Assembly: GCA_003344405.1 (NCBI GenBank)
Contig: NOWV01000024.1
Coordinates: 124,001-188,000 of the forward strand
Origin: Trichoplax sp. H2
Taxonomy: Eukaryota
Length of the DNA: 64,000 bases
Direction of reading: 5' to 3'
Notes under the pieces: generated by a model
The model's input: only the letters and a program-made list of their open reading frames with translations
Databases searched by the model: none
Told to the model about the DNA's origin: nothing
Made by a program: the position numbers and the translations under genes
In this document: piece by piece, positions 26,694-40,668 of the stretch
Layout: the number at the start of each line of letters is the position of its first letter
How positions within the stretch are numbered: the first letter of the stretch is position 1

Positions 26694-29600
26694 ATGATGG
26701 AAAATCAATCAGTAACTAATGACTCATTGAACCCTACTAGTTCTGAAATTATTTGGCTTTATCCCTATAGACCCGCCGAATTTGATAAAATTAATTTAAT
26801 CGTATCATCAGCTATCCTCATCTTCTTATGCATTACTGGAACCATTGCCAATATGGTCCTACTTGTTATTTTACCGAGGCAACGCTTTGCATATGCTTCA
26901 TCGTCCTCTATTACTTGTATTTTATTAACTAACTTAGCACTAGCCGATCTATTCAATTGCACTATAGCCGCTCCGTTAACGGTCATTATGTTAGTTGCAG
27001 ATTTTTATATTGAACCCCATCTGTGCTTAATATTCAAATCAGTATCCAAAGTGAGTACTGGAATGAATTGTTTTGTTTTAACATTACTCAGTATTGAGCG
27101 CTATTTATGTATAGTCAAGCCTCGTGAAAGTTTAGTTATCGCTAAAATTGGTAAGCGGCAGAAAATTTATACTATATTATTATCCTTGGTTTGGTTTATT
27201 ACTATTGGACTCGAATGTGGTATGCTAATGCAGTTGGCCCAACCCGTATGGACTTACGTCTGCTTTACTATCAAACTTGACGTAAGTCTATCTTATTTTA
27301 CGACTATTGGTCGTAAGTTAGCTATTCCTTTTCTTTACTGTAGAATATGGTTCTATTTCTAGATAGAAATTCAGTAATTTTTTTTGGCATAGAGTAAGGT
27401 TATACTTTTGGATAGTTGAACGAAATAATAATTGGATATTGCCACCTAGAGAGTAAATAGTATTCTAGTCATATTATTCCTCGCGACTACGCTAGTCTGT
27501 AAATTTAAATGCGATAACATGGTATACCATTAACAATATTTTATGTCTCTTGCTATAAATTACAGAGCACAACTTGTATAAGTATTAATTATTTTCATTA
27601 GAGTAAATTATTTCAATCGGTAGCTATTACTGGGACGAAAATTAGATATGCAAGTACCACACGGCATTAGTTTATTCGTCTAGCTTGAAAAGAATTCTAT
27701 CTAAAATTTCCTAACCTTTCCCTTCAATCTTGTAGTTGCAAGTTACAATCCATATAATTACAGCTTTAAATTTATAAACTCGTTTATTTTTTCACCATTC
27801 AAACTTAAGAAATGGGAAAATAATCAACTAAATATTGAAGAATTAAAGCGGCATCAATAGGTTACATTCATATTAAAGTGTTAACTTCATTATTCGCTTC
27901 GCCACTAATTTAATCAAACTAATTTTGAACTAGCATATAGTCTGTGTCATAAAAGTGACAGTAAACTTTTAATAAGACTTTAATTAATTATAGCCTGGAT
28001 TTGAAAATTATTTACGTTTAATTATAGTGTATGAGAACTCAAAATGTGCCATAATTAATAATTATTGTCGGAAAAATTTTAGCGGCCATAGGAATATCAA
28101 TATTATATTGATTAATATAATTGCTGGTTGCAACACGAAGTGATTTATTTCATTCTAATGGTCTAATAAATTATAAACGAAGATGACCAGATATATGATG
28201 GTTACGATTAGAAAATTAATTTGAGCATCGAATGGAGAAGAGAATAATTGTCTTGGATTGTTAAACTAATGATCTTATACACATAGGCTAATACGGACAG
28301 TATTTCATATTAAATCGTCTATTTAACTCAATACGAAGAGTGAAATAGAATTGAAATGAGTTAAAAACATGCCAAAGTAACAGCCTCTTTGATCATTTTA
28401 GTAGTATTATAATTTTTTAAAAGATCTCACGTTGAATAATAGCTATGGAAACAGTTCTCATCATTTTTAATGGAAATAAAATGCATTACTCCAGATTTTC
28501 AGTGGAACCGTTTAAAAACAAAAATAATTATGTATATTAATTTTGTCCAATCCTTGGTTTACTAACGACCTTAGCTACATTGAAATTAATTTTAATCCGA
28601 TAGTAATAATATTGATCCTAATATCTTAATTGAAGCCTCTATAGTCAATTAATTTACACATATAATTACGTTTCGACAAATTCTAGGCAAAGTAGTGTAT
28701 ATTTCAATACTAGAGATTGCAGTAGTTCTCATCTTTCAGAATGCTTATAAATGATTAATTTCTTCGTTTTTCTGCTTAATTGTAACCAGCCTATTTGCAG
28801 ATTATTTATAGATTTTTAATTTAAATAGATAAATAAATTGAAAGATTTAAGATATCTGATTATAATTCAACCTGACCCCTTCAAAAGTACGCGGTACGAG
28901 CTAATTAACTGAAGAAAAAAGAACTAGTTAACAACTATTAATTTACTAGAAGTAGCTTTCGTTTTCAGCCAATCTCCTTAAAGAGTAATATTTATAATAG
29001 CTAGCGTATATTTCAATGCTAGAAATTGTAATAGTTCTCATTATTCAAAATGTTTATAAAATTGTTAATTTCTTCGCTGTACTGCTTAATAATAGCTGGC
29101 CTAGTACCTAGTAGTTATCTTAATCAGAGTTTTAAATTAAGTTAGATATATATTAATTGAAAAATTTTATAGTTAAATATAATTTCTTTAAAAGTGCATC
29201 ATATGAGTTAATCTACAAAGGAAAAAAAGAATTTGTCGGTAGCAGCTATTAATTTATTAGAAATAGCTTTCATCTTCCGTTTACTTCTGTCAGGAGTACT
29301 ATTTATAATAGCCAGTGTTTGTTTTAGTACTAGAGATTACAGTAAATTGTCATCATCATCATCATTATAGAGGATTTATTTCTTCGCCTTACTACTTAAT
29401 GGTAATTTGCCTAGAAGTAACTTTAGTAATGCAGTTTTAATTTAAGATAGAAATATAAATCTAAAGATTTATTAATTAATTAATCATGACTTCTTCAAAA
29501 GTGCTACATATGAACAAATCTACCGAATACAAAAAAAATTTGTCTACAGCTATTAATTTACCAGATCTTCTGTCTACCCTTGAAAAGAGTAATATTTGTA

Positions 29601-31417
29601 ATTTTCCTATAACAATCTTCATTGGAACTTTATTTTTTGTGACAATATCCTAATATTAACTTTCAACTGGATTATCTATAAATTCTGATTTTCGAAAGCA
29701 AAGTCAATAATCCTTAGCTAACCATGCAAATAAGGAAATAATTTAATTTCCATTCGACATTATAATAGCGATCACAGCAGAACTGTGAATGCCGATCCGA
29801 TATTTAGCTTTTTGATAGAATTATTACTAAGGATTTAGCGAGGTATTAATCCCGATTGGAAGAATTTCCAATAGAACTAATGAATAGTTTATAGTAATAT
29901 ATAATGATATCCTCATTCCAGAAATAGAAATCGTATGATTATTTCAAGGTGTACGCGTATGTTGCGGCAAGTTGATTGCCTATAAATATTTTGATTTATA
30001 CGCGGCTTTAATCTTAATAATTCATAGATTTGGCAAGGCAAAATATTCATCATTGAATACTAAGTTTCCTATCTGTTTTCTTTCGTAATGCCATTGAAAT
30101 ATATCTAGCCTAAAGTTGATCTCGGCCTTTCTTCTCCACTATTTGGGATTGGCGCAGGATGGTTAACTTTCCTAACATTCCTCGCTATCGTAACAGCAAT
30201 CGTAACCTCTATTGGTGCTCGATGTCGCCTTTCTAGAATGATTAAATACGATCAAAATTCACCCAATCATCGAAGAATTATGCATGCCAATAAAAAAATT
30301 AACAAGGTAATCTTATACTTGATTTCAAGATTAAAATTGGAGTAGATTTTTCCCTAGGTTACAGGGGTTTATGTTTTAGATCTTTTCTATGTTTGAGAAA
30401 CCCCTTTCTTAGATAAAATAAGCGAAATATTTCCAATATCAGTCACTCAATATTTTATTAGTTCAACTACAATACTCAAAAGTGGCGTAAGTTTCTACTA
30501 TTCTAAATTACTAACAACAATTACTTTAGATCCAGCTAACTGTAACACATTTTACGATAATGCCAAACTGGTGCAAGAGTTGAAATCTGATTGCCTTAAT
30601 TACTTAAGTTAATCATCCATGAAAATAGTAGATTTTTATTTAATTGATGCCAGTATTTAAGAGTTTGAACCATTTCTAGATGTTAGTATTTATAGAGCCA
30701 CTCAATAGCTTTGCCTGAAATACTCTTTATCATCCCTATCACATGTTTTGGATGCAATTAACAATAAAGAAATTAAATTAAGTTACTAGCAACAATTTAG
30801 AACCGGCTAACTGAAAGATATTCTATGGTAAAGCTAAGCTGATGCAAGAATTGAGTCCTGATATTTTTAATTGCGTATTCGAATGATCCATGAAATGATA
30901 GTTGATCTCTAAACTGATGCCAATATTAATAGTCGAGACCATTTCTAGATACTTTTATTTACAAGGCTAATCGACAGTTTTACTTGAACTACTCTATATC
31001 ATCCCAAATTAAATTGGTTGGATATTATTAATATGACAGGAGTTAAATTGATTATTCCATAGCGGAGGCATTTGCATCCTATTTGCTTCCTTCAGTTCTA
31101 TTTCAAAGTAAATAAATCGTTTAATCTGTCTATAGCTAAACATATTAAATTTGCAATATACTTATTGCTAAAAGTGACTAATCTTCAGAATGAATTATTT
31201 TTCTTAGGCTTTTGGCTTCATCGTTGCATTTTATTTGCTAACGTATTTGCCTTTATATGCGACTCAAATTTTGGGATCCATATTGCGCCAACCATTACTA
31301 GATGCCATGCTAATTTCATTGACTATTAATACATTCAATGCCGCTGCCGATCCCTTGATCTATATTTCCTTTAATGGCTCCTTTAGGCAGAAAATATATA
31401 AATTCTTATCATTGTAA
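26694..31417 (+). CDS. Rhodopsin-like (class A) orphan GPCR, 3 exons, 331 aa
   Basis: Exons 26694-27281, 30109-30306, 31208-31417, all phase 0 with GT-AG introns. TM1 GTIAN, TM2 NLALAD, TM3 Cys and SIERY, TM4 W, TM5 in exon 2 (GWLTFLTFLAIVTAIV), TM6 FYLLTYLP, TM7 DPLIY, helix 8 SFRQ. Confidence 0.92.
28690..29605. repeat. About 3 diverged roughly 310-bp tandem units in GPCR intron 1
   Basis: A TAGTGTATATTTCAATACTAGAGATTG-like motif recurs near 28693, 29002 and 29313, and ATTTCTTCG...CTTAAT and CTATTAATTTA recur in register. Confidence 0.75.
30508..31055. repeat. Two diverged roughly 275-bp tandem units in GPCR intron 2
   Basis: TACTA(A/G)CAACAATT...GCTAACTG...TGCAAGA...ATCCATGAAA...TGATGCCA...CCATTTCTAGAT...TATCATCCC occurs twice, from about 30508 and 30785. 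Confidence 0.75.
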
Positions 31418-33570
31418 AGGCGATTACTAGGCTTTACTTTGATGATTTCTTAGGTCATGATATTTGCCTTACGTTACGAACAAGATATTAGCAGCACTAC
31501 CGACAGAGTATGGTATAGTTATTATCTGAGCATTCTTTAACTAATCATAACGTTAGGTTGGTAAATGAATTTGTCTGTTGAAATCTCATTGGATACTACA
31601 GTTATATCTGTTGAAGAAAATGTCATCTCTACACACAGGTAAAGTTGGACAATTCTATTCAACTTCGAAAGCAATAAACCCTAAACATTTCTTCCATAAT
31701 ATTCTTCATTCTACTATCATGTTACGATAGATTAAATAATGACTTCTAAATGGAATCATTTTCATCGTAAAAAATAATATCCAAATTTAAAGTTGACAAG
31801 TTATATGAATTCTCCGGTTGACTAATAGTGAATACAGACATCGATACAATATTGGAATTTTATGGATCCTCTGCAAATATTTCTTGCCATAATTTTAGTT
31901 GAAAGTAGAACTTTCATTCGTTTCTTTATGATCACATCATTACTTATTATCTACTACGATCATCATAAGTCAAAGTAATATCCGAATTAAATATTGATAT
32001 ATTATATTTGTGATACATCTTTCAGCACATTAAGTGCCGGCATTTCTGTCTTGTAGAGCTGCAATCTTCAAATTTCATCTATAGCTTTAAGCTAATTAGT
32101 GAAAGATGCTGTTACGAAATAATCAAATGCAAGAAAAAGTTTTACTCCATTATTATACCTTGAACTATCGCCTTATACGATGTTCATAAACTAGTATGGC
32201 ATTCATATTCTGTTAACAATTATTGAAAATATGCGACGTCTTCAAAAAATTCAAAGCCTAATATTAAATATTTACTTAACGTTCTATTTTAGGTTACACA
32301 CTGCTTTTTTTTAACAGGACTTCACAAAAATTGTGCAGACATAAAATGGCTCGCAAATTTTTATATTGTCTACATAATGATCTTATATTGCTGAAATAAG
32401 TTTGAGTTGTTAACATTCTTTGAAATTATGGTGATATTATCCTTTGCTAGTACAGCATATTCTGCGTATCAATTTGCTTTAGAATTGATGATATGCGTAT
32501 ATGTAGTCCATTTGAATTGAGCCTTGGCATTGTAGATCTGTAAATTTAGCTGTATAACGATTTTGAAAATAAATACTTGGCTCCAATTCTACTCTAAATA
32601 CAGGCACGGATAGTTGAACAGCAAATAGATGGGTGTACTGGATACAAGTTGTCTCACAAAATAGTGGAGTCTTTTGAATTAGTTGATTGCTAACTTCTAA
32701 AATGCCACGCTTATTAAAGTACCTTTTTACAGTAAATAGATTAGTTATAGTTAGCATCGAAAGTGCCTATGAGATCAGGAAGCTATTTTGTATCCAAATG
32801 CCTAATTAATACGATGATATTGAGGGACATCGATATCCGATGACTAATACAAGACAAGTAGATTATCGCGGATGACAAGATACCCATTGATAGAATCATC
32901 AAAACACCTTAACTACTGGTATCTAATGTAAGTTAGTTAAAAGCAGATATTGCGGCACAGAATATTTAAAGTATTAACTATCTCCTAATCTCAATTAAGT
33001 TATGCCAATAAACAAGGCTAACTTCTTTACCCTGCGATAGTACCTTGATGTGTGCCAATCTGAACGCAATATTTTCATTGGCTATTTTTCATCACCCTAA
33101 CATCCGTTGTCAGGATTACTTTGACATTAGCCTAGAATCTTGGTCTACCGATATATTTATAATTACATAAGAAAATGCTGATAGATCGATTAACTGAATA
33201 AAATATGTTAAACACTCCGTATTTAATAACGATGCAATAATAGCTTTAAATTTACGATTTAGGCTAATTGTAGTAATTCAATTAAACTAATATTGGTAAA
33301 CTACTGGAATGCCAATCTCGCATCATTAACCAGGAAAGCTCTTTAGTATCTTGTTCTAGAATTACACATTTGATGATTCATTCGGTAAGTCCATGACAGC
33401 CGATGAATCCAGGATAGATTTTAAAGTATAGATATACTATATGAAATATCCTAACTTAAATTTTAATTCAATATTGAATAATATCGTCGTTGGATAACTG
33501 CAACATTGCGCCACCATATTAGCGTAAGGATTCTAAAAAACTAATCATATTGGGCTTCTAAAAGTATCTG

Positions 33571-33933
33571 TGTAGTGCCGTGAGTTTAGCACTTGAGTTA
33601 AATTCTTAATTAAGTATGGAATTACTAATATGCATCACCATACGCTATAATACTTGCGTAGTTTAATGCGATTAGTTGCTCATGCCCCGGCAAAATATGA
33701 TATTTCAATGCCCGTACTTAGCGCATGGAAGCGTGATAATGTTACTACTATTGCTAAATAGGTCATACGCTAGGATTCATAAGCGTGTGCAACGAGTAGA
33801 TCGGGAGTTGTTCTTGTTCATAGTTTGCTGTAAATACAGTTACGGTTGGTATTTATTGTAATAAAGCTTAATTCGGGTTTTAAATACAGTTAGACTAATT
33901 TACTGTTGACCCTTAAGAATTGACTTTACTACA
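33571..33933 (+). mobile_element. Solo LTR, 363 bp (sub-family A)
   Basis: TGTAGT...ACTACA perfect 6-bp inverted termini; TSD ATCTG at 33566-33570 and 33934-33938; TTGTAATAAA at 33856-33865, shared with the 41316 and 48250 elements. Confidence 0.85.
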
Positions 33934-34235
33934 ATCTGGTATTAATCATACTTCTCAATCTTATTTGAACATGATATACGCTTTTTTTAATTCTAAGGCC
34001 TTCAAATCGAGGTTTCAATCTAAGCTGGATATTCCATCTTGCATATTTTAATATCAATGTAATTACAATATGAAACATTCTTCAAGCTTAACCTTTGTTG
34101 CCAGGATTCTATAGAGGCCCTATATCATTAAATTTGAATCTTATTCTACCAACATGCTTATAATAATATAAGATGGTAATGGATTGATTAATTAATACAA
34201 ATTAATTCAAGTACTCCTCATCTAATAACGATACG

Positions 34236-34519
34236 ATAATTGTCTCAATCTTACGTTTAAAGAGATTGTGAAAATCAATTGAATCGATATCGATAAACTA
34301 TCGAAATTTTAATTTGACATTGTACTCAAAACGTTTTAATCGCCATAGATTTATTAATACAACACAGATTGGACCAAGGGCTCTACAGCTAGACAATACG
34401 ATCATAGTTTCAATCTCATATTTAATTTGAAGAGTTTGCCAAAATTCAATTAAATCGATAACAGTAAAGCTAACGAAAGTTTTAATTTTACCTTGTATTC
34501 AAACGTTTTAATCGTTATC
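34236..34519. repeat. Two diverged copies of a roughly 115-bp segment, about 170 bp apart
   Basis: TCAATCT...AAGAG...TCAATT.AATCGATA...TTTTAATTT...AAACGTTTTAATCG occurs twice. Confidence 0.7.
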
Positions 34520-35423
34520 CAATGCTTAACTATTTTCTAAATTGATGAAATTTAACCTTCTAAAGATTAATGTTCACAGAGGTTCATGAGCCTTGTTAGT
34601 TAAGCAATACGTAACGACATAAAAATTACAGTTAGATCAATTCACATCAACCTAGTCTACTTTATAATTACGATATTATAAAAGGCCATTTTTTTCAAGT
34701 AGTTAATAAAGCTTATGCAGCTTCTTAATAGCTTGAAAACACTATTATCTATATAAATATTAGTAATAGATGAAGATGCTAAGCTTTTATAATCTTTTGT
34801 TCTAGCTTCAAATCGCTGTGTTACAAGATCCTTATTGTTCACCTTTCGTATATTTATTCGACTACCAGGAGGTCTATACAGAACACTAAATAGGATGGAA
34901 ACTATGGAAACCGGTGGTCTTGCCATTTTCGTCATGTTCTTGATGACGACGAAATACTATTGTGGTAGAATGATGGAATTGTTTAATTTCATTCCCTTGT
35001 GTTTTAATTCAATTTAATGAATAATGTGGACTTGATGTTTATTGGAACAATATTAAATCCAAATCGAACCCGTCATATATGATAGAAATACATGATAAAA
35101 AGAGATTGGCGATTAACTCACTGCTAGAAGGCTGCACTAACGGTAGTTGAAGTAATTAATATAATTAGATAACCTTCTTTTCAGTGCTTATTTTAAGTGA
35201 CCGTTAAGGGAAAGCGGGAGGTTGCTATTCGATTAAATCTGGACAAGACAGAAATATTGGCAACCTTTTTGATAGAGTGGCAGCCATAAGAGGTTATCTG
35301 ACATAAATCTGATTAAAGCGTGAATTATAACCAAAGATAGACATAATAATAAGTTTAAGCCAACGATCAAGTCTTGACATTTAATAAGTTAAATAACGCG
35401 GAAGAAAAGGAAAATCAGCTAAT

Positions 35424-37721
35424 ATGAGTCATTTGTCGACAAATAATGTTGATATTCAATTTTTGAAACAAGCTTATACTGAGGCTTTCAATAATGGAGA
35501 TTACCAGTTGGCTCTTGACATAACCAAGATGATGATGGAAGCGATAGATAATCCCTATATAAGTACATTAGTCCGAGATCAATATTTATGTGATACTTAC
35601 TTGGATATATCGGCTGCTTACCGAGAAAAGTACCAGTTGACTCCAGCAATAGAGTATGCTGATCAATGTGAGAAATTAGCTAAAAAACTAAAAGATCAGC
35701 TTCGAATTGCTTGCTCTTTACATAATCGTGGTGAAATTAAAACAAAAAAAGAATCATTTGAAGAAGCCTTAGTGGATTATAAATTATCCTTGGAATTGAA
35801 ATTAAAATTGCTCGGAGATAATAATTTAATTTTAACAGATACCTATGATAGTATAGGTTACATATACAATTGTCAATGGAACCACGAGGAAGCGCTAGCA
35901 ATGTACCAGAAATCGCTTAATCTACGCCAAAATAAGCTAGGAAAAAATAATTTATTCGTGGCTATTTCTTACGGTAATATTGGAACAATTTACTTTAAAC
36001 AGACCAGATATAAAGAGGCTCTATCGATGTTTACCCAATCGATCAATATTAAACTTGACTTCCTAGGAGGTGACCATTTGCAAGTAGCTACTTCATATCA
36101 TCATATTGGATTAGTATACTTTTATCAATCTCTATATGATGACGCCTTACTGATGTGTCAGAAATCGCTCCATATTCGTCTACATACTTTAGCAGAAAAA
36201 AATCATCTTGTCGCTCAGTTGTACAATACGATTGGAATGATTTATAATCGCCAGTGTAAATTGGACGATGCTCTATCCATGCATCAGAAATCTTTAGACA
36301 TTTATAGCGATATCTTAGGAGATCAATCATACGAATTGGCCGCTACTTTTAATAATGTTGGGACTATATATGACCTACAAACTAAATATACTGATGCTCT
36401 CGAGATGTACTATGAATCTCTGGAAATGAACACCCAATTACTAGGCCGTTGTAATTTAACTGTAACGACTGCCTATACTAATAAGGGAATAATCTATGCT
36501 AAGCAATCGAAGTATGCAGATGCTGTTACGATGTTTCAAAAGTCTTTGGCTATTCAACAGAACCTGCTTGGAGAAAAGAATCTATTCGTTGCTGAGTCAT
36601 TTAGCAACATTGCATTAGTTTATTATAATCAATCCAAGTATAAAGACGCTTTATCCAATTATCAAAAATCGTTAAATATTCAAAAAAGCATTTTAGAAGA
36701 AGATAGCCTGGATATCGCTAGATCATATAACAATATTGGACTAATTCATTTCCATCAACATAAGCATGAGGATGCACTCGAAATGTATCAGAAATCTTTG
36801 GATATTAAAATAAACTTATTGGGTGAAAATAACACTGAAGTTGCAACCTTATGGAATAATTTTGGACTAGTATACAGACATCAATTTAAATATGAACAAG
36901 CGTTAGTGATGTATCACAAATCTTTAAAAATTCAACGGCAACTATTAGGAGATGACAATTTATACATAGCTCGATTATTCAATAACATCGGATTAATTTA
37001 TTATGATCAATATAAGTATGATGATGCTCTATCAATGTATCAAAAATCTCTAGCAATTAACCTTAACATGTTGGGCGATAACAATTTAGAAGTTGCTCGA
37101 TCATATAACAACATTGGAAGTGTTTATCGGCGCCAATCCAAATTCGTAGAGGCTCTATCTATGTATCTTAAATCTTTAAAAATGAAAATAGATATTGCTG
37201 GTGTAAATCATGTATCAATACCACGCTTGTGTGACAATATTGCAATTATATATCGTGGGCAGAAGAAATATACGCTTGCTGGAAAGATTAATAAACTAGC
37301 TGCCAAGATTCGCAACAGACTTCGTCAAGGCGATGCAGTAAACCTAACGATTTCTAACAATTTCATGAAAGTGTTTTCTGAATTAAACCAATCAATCTTA
37401 CTATCAAGTAGGTTCAGATTGAAAATCCTGGATTTTATTTTTTATTATTGAAGATGTTACACTGTTATAACTTTATTAATTTGTTCTGTTTTCAATGATT
37501 AAAGGTGATTCGAACGCATCTATTGCTAGCATTTTTACAAATGAATCAAAAAAAGACCAAGTTGGTGAGTCTTGACATGTCTAATTGTTACCTTGCTGTG
37601 TGTAATCCTACCAATTATAATTATTTATTTTTTAGATATAAGCTATATCAATTTAGAAAACTATGTCTTTATTTTACCAACGAATAATTATTTAGATGAA
37701 TTACTGCTGCTGCTACCTTAA
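35424..37721 (+). CDS. TPR solenoid protein (42-aa NPHP3/kinesin-light-chain-like TPR repeats)
   Basis: Long exon 35424-37407 has 12 regular 42-aa repeats (A.SYNNIG..Y..Q.KY.DAL.MYQKSL.I....LG..NL.V). Likely 3' exons are 37505-37564 and 37636- or 37696-37721 (in frame, GT-AG). The unspliced ORF stops at 37451; the 3' structure is less certain than the repeat call. Confidence 0.88.
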
Positions 37722-40055
37722 CTTTCATACCGAGCTAAAAACAAACCTGATTCGCTATTTATAAATGTTAAATGTTATTCCTATACCAGTAATAAAATTA
37801 ACACATAGTACGAGTATTTCACGTTGAGATTCTTATGTGTCTATAAAATCAGAAAAAGTATTACTTTTGAGATTCCACTTCCAATAGTTATACTGCATAT
37901 GGAATTAAAATTTTTATAAATCAGATTACATATGGTTAATTTCATTTTCTCGAAAGCGGTTTTTACAGTATTCTAATGCAGGTAAAGAATAATTATTAAT
38001 ATTCCATTAATATTGTGCATATAGTTGCGACGGAGAAAATTAGTGGAAAATAGTTAGGCAGTCACAGTTTCATGGTTTATGCATATATGCAGCAGGTTTA
38101 TCCGAGTATGTAACGTACAATTACACAATTTATGCTATTTCAAACTTCATCACTAGTCTATTTAAGAAATTTATGTTGTTGCGCGCTGAATTTATATATG
38201 TTTATAACCTACTGTACTCTTATAATATTGGCGTAGAGTTTATTATTGCCAGTATCATATTCTTACCAACCTGTATATGTATAGCAGTAAGTTTTATATC
38301 TAGGAGAAAGTAGTATGTGCTTACATCATGAATCGTACTAATCGAGCAGGGGTACCATTATAATTTGTATGGATAACGAATTATGGATAATTATTTTGTA
38401 TCATTTTGGATATATACCCGTATTTTACTTTCTTGAAAAAATTAACATTACTGTTATACATCAATTTAGTAAATACTTATGCCAATAATTGCATGCCATT
38501 ATAGTTATCTATGTGAAGAGACACTAAAGAAAATTTATTTAATCAATTTTAATATTTTGATTCCTGTATTACTTTCTCATTAAATTACATAAATATAAAC
38601 CTATGAAGAAAAAGATTCTGGAGACGCATTGAAATCAATGTCAGTGCATTTTACAAGAACCGTCAGAAGTAAGTTTATGATTAGTAAACGATGTCTTATG
38701 GTAATTTAAGTTCTTATCTATGCACATTACAACGATCTATTACACTAATAGATTTTAATGTTATATCGGTTATGTATCTCAGCCATATATTGTAATAATG
38801 GGATATATTTGGTGGCTTATTTCATTTCCCGAATAGTTAATGTAGAGATTCTATAGAATTTGGATTTATTTCGCGTTACAAAATAGTTAGCGTTGAGAGA
38901 ACTATTTTAACACTTCATATTTTCATTCTTTGTACCCGAAGTTCTTTTAACTACTTGATTTGCCGTATGTATGAGCCACGCAATGAATTAAAATTTAATA
39001 ATTCGCAAAATTGACTAACTAGCGATAATCAGGATAATCTCGGTATTACTCTCATATTGCATAAAGAGTCAAATACTTTACCATCTTAAGTGTCATGTTA
39101 TTAAACGATTTAATTTGTAAAATTTTACCAATTGCAGCTAGTCATTAATGGAACGTACATTTATACACTTCAGTATGTAAAATTAAAGAGCGCTAAAGAA
39201 CGTGTTCATTTTAAATAAGAACATGTTAATTTTACAAATAAATTGTCAAGCGATGATATTAATAATTGCCTTAAAGATGTCATCGAGTGACTATGAGGTG
39301 CTTTAAAATGCCAAAGGTGGAGGTTTTAATTTCTTAGCAAAATAGTACCAGTACACATAGCTATCGAAAAATTTATGCTAAACGATTAAAATTTGGTTAG
39401 ATAGAATAGAATTACGCGTATATGCGTTAGTCTTAACTAAATATACCTATGTTATAACTTCTTTGTAGGTATTCGTAGGAGCAGAATAACGGAGGCAGAT
39501 CCAGTTCGAAAAAAAACTATTTAAAATATCAGTACCAGAATAACGTTTTCGAATTTCATACCGCTAACTATTGTCACCAATTAATGTCTTTAATATGCGT
39601 GTGGCTTGTAACGCTTCTACAGAGCATAAATTTTAATTTAATGCATGTAACGTTAATGTCTGATCAGAAGGAATAATCTGGCTGAGATGCAATAAAGATT
39701 ATTATATAACGTATCTTTTATTACTATACTGATGAAATAATATTTGCTAGATGTCTATGAGCGTTAAAAGTGCTACTCTATGGATGATAATGTCGTTCCT
39801 TTACTCAAAGTTGCTGGATCAATAATTTATTATTCCTTTAACGTGTCTAAAGATGCTAGTGTTTTAATGATACCTTCCAATATTATTCCATCGCTGCTTG
39901 CAAAATTGTTGTAATAAACGAACTTGTTGCTTGATTTTAACTGTAGTATTTATTCGCTTCTATTTCTGCGTAGTAACATCTACTTGATCTATCACAGTAC
40001 AACAAATAAAATTCTAGCATATTATGATAACGTCAAGCTTGGGCAATAGATTAAC

Positions 40056-40571
40056 TTATTGTAATTTCATCTGTATATTATACCATGGCAATTTACCAAA
40101 GTTTACTGAAGATGAGCCGACGCATTGAAACCCTACTTTCTCATAAAATGATATTAGATAGTCAAGAGCAACTAAATTAATAAGCACAATATCTGGAAAA
40201 TTCTGCTTAATATAAGCTGTATAGTGATTGACCATGACAGACGCGACACCCTTGCGTTGAAATTTTTCGTGGATGCATACAGAATGAATGCAGAGATATT
40301 TTCCACCAGGTATATGTTCATACATAGATTGAAAAGTTAATAAGTCATCATTACTCCGTGTACCACAGATATGACCAATTACTTCGCCATCTATTACGAA
40401 TACAAGGAATAATTCCTTAGCTGCATTAAATCGGTCTCTAAGTTGCTTGACAGAAGCTGGTTCGCCTTCTGGAAATGATTTTTGTTCTGTTTGACATACA
40501 ATATCAAAGTCTTCCTCGGTAATCTGGCGTATAATAGCCTTATAAGGACCTTGTACGTGTATAGGTTCCAT
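40056..40571 (-). CDS. GNAT acetyltransferase, AANAT/PAA1-like, copy 1 (intronless, 171 aa)
   Basis: EQKSFP.GEPAS, ELFLV, GHICGTR, H.PGGKYLCIHSVCI...FQRKGVA (motif A), LVALDYLISFYEKVGF (motif B), terminal WY..QM.L. Confidence 0.9.
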   Translation of the reverse strand: MEPIHVQGPYKAIIRQITEEDFDIVCQTEQKSFPEGEPASVKQLRDRFNAAKELFLVFVIDGEVIGHICGTRSNDDLLTFQSMYEHIPGGKYLCIHSVCIHEKFQRKGVASVMVNHYTAYIKQNFPDIVLINLVALDYLISFYEKVGFQCVGSSSVNFGKLPWYNIQMKLQ

Positions 40572-40668
40572 GTTTCTTATCTAAAGTTGAGCAATGATAG
40601 GTTTAACGTTAAATTTTTAAAAATTGCTAGGATAACATTTACTACCGATATATACAGTATTACATTAG

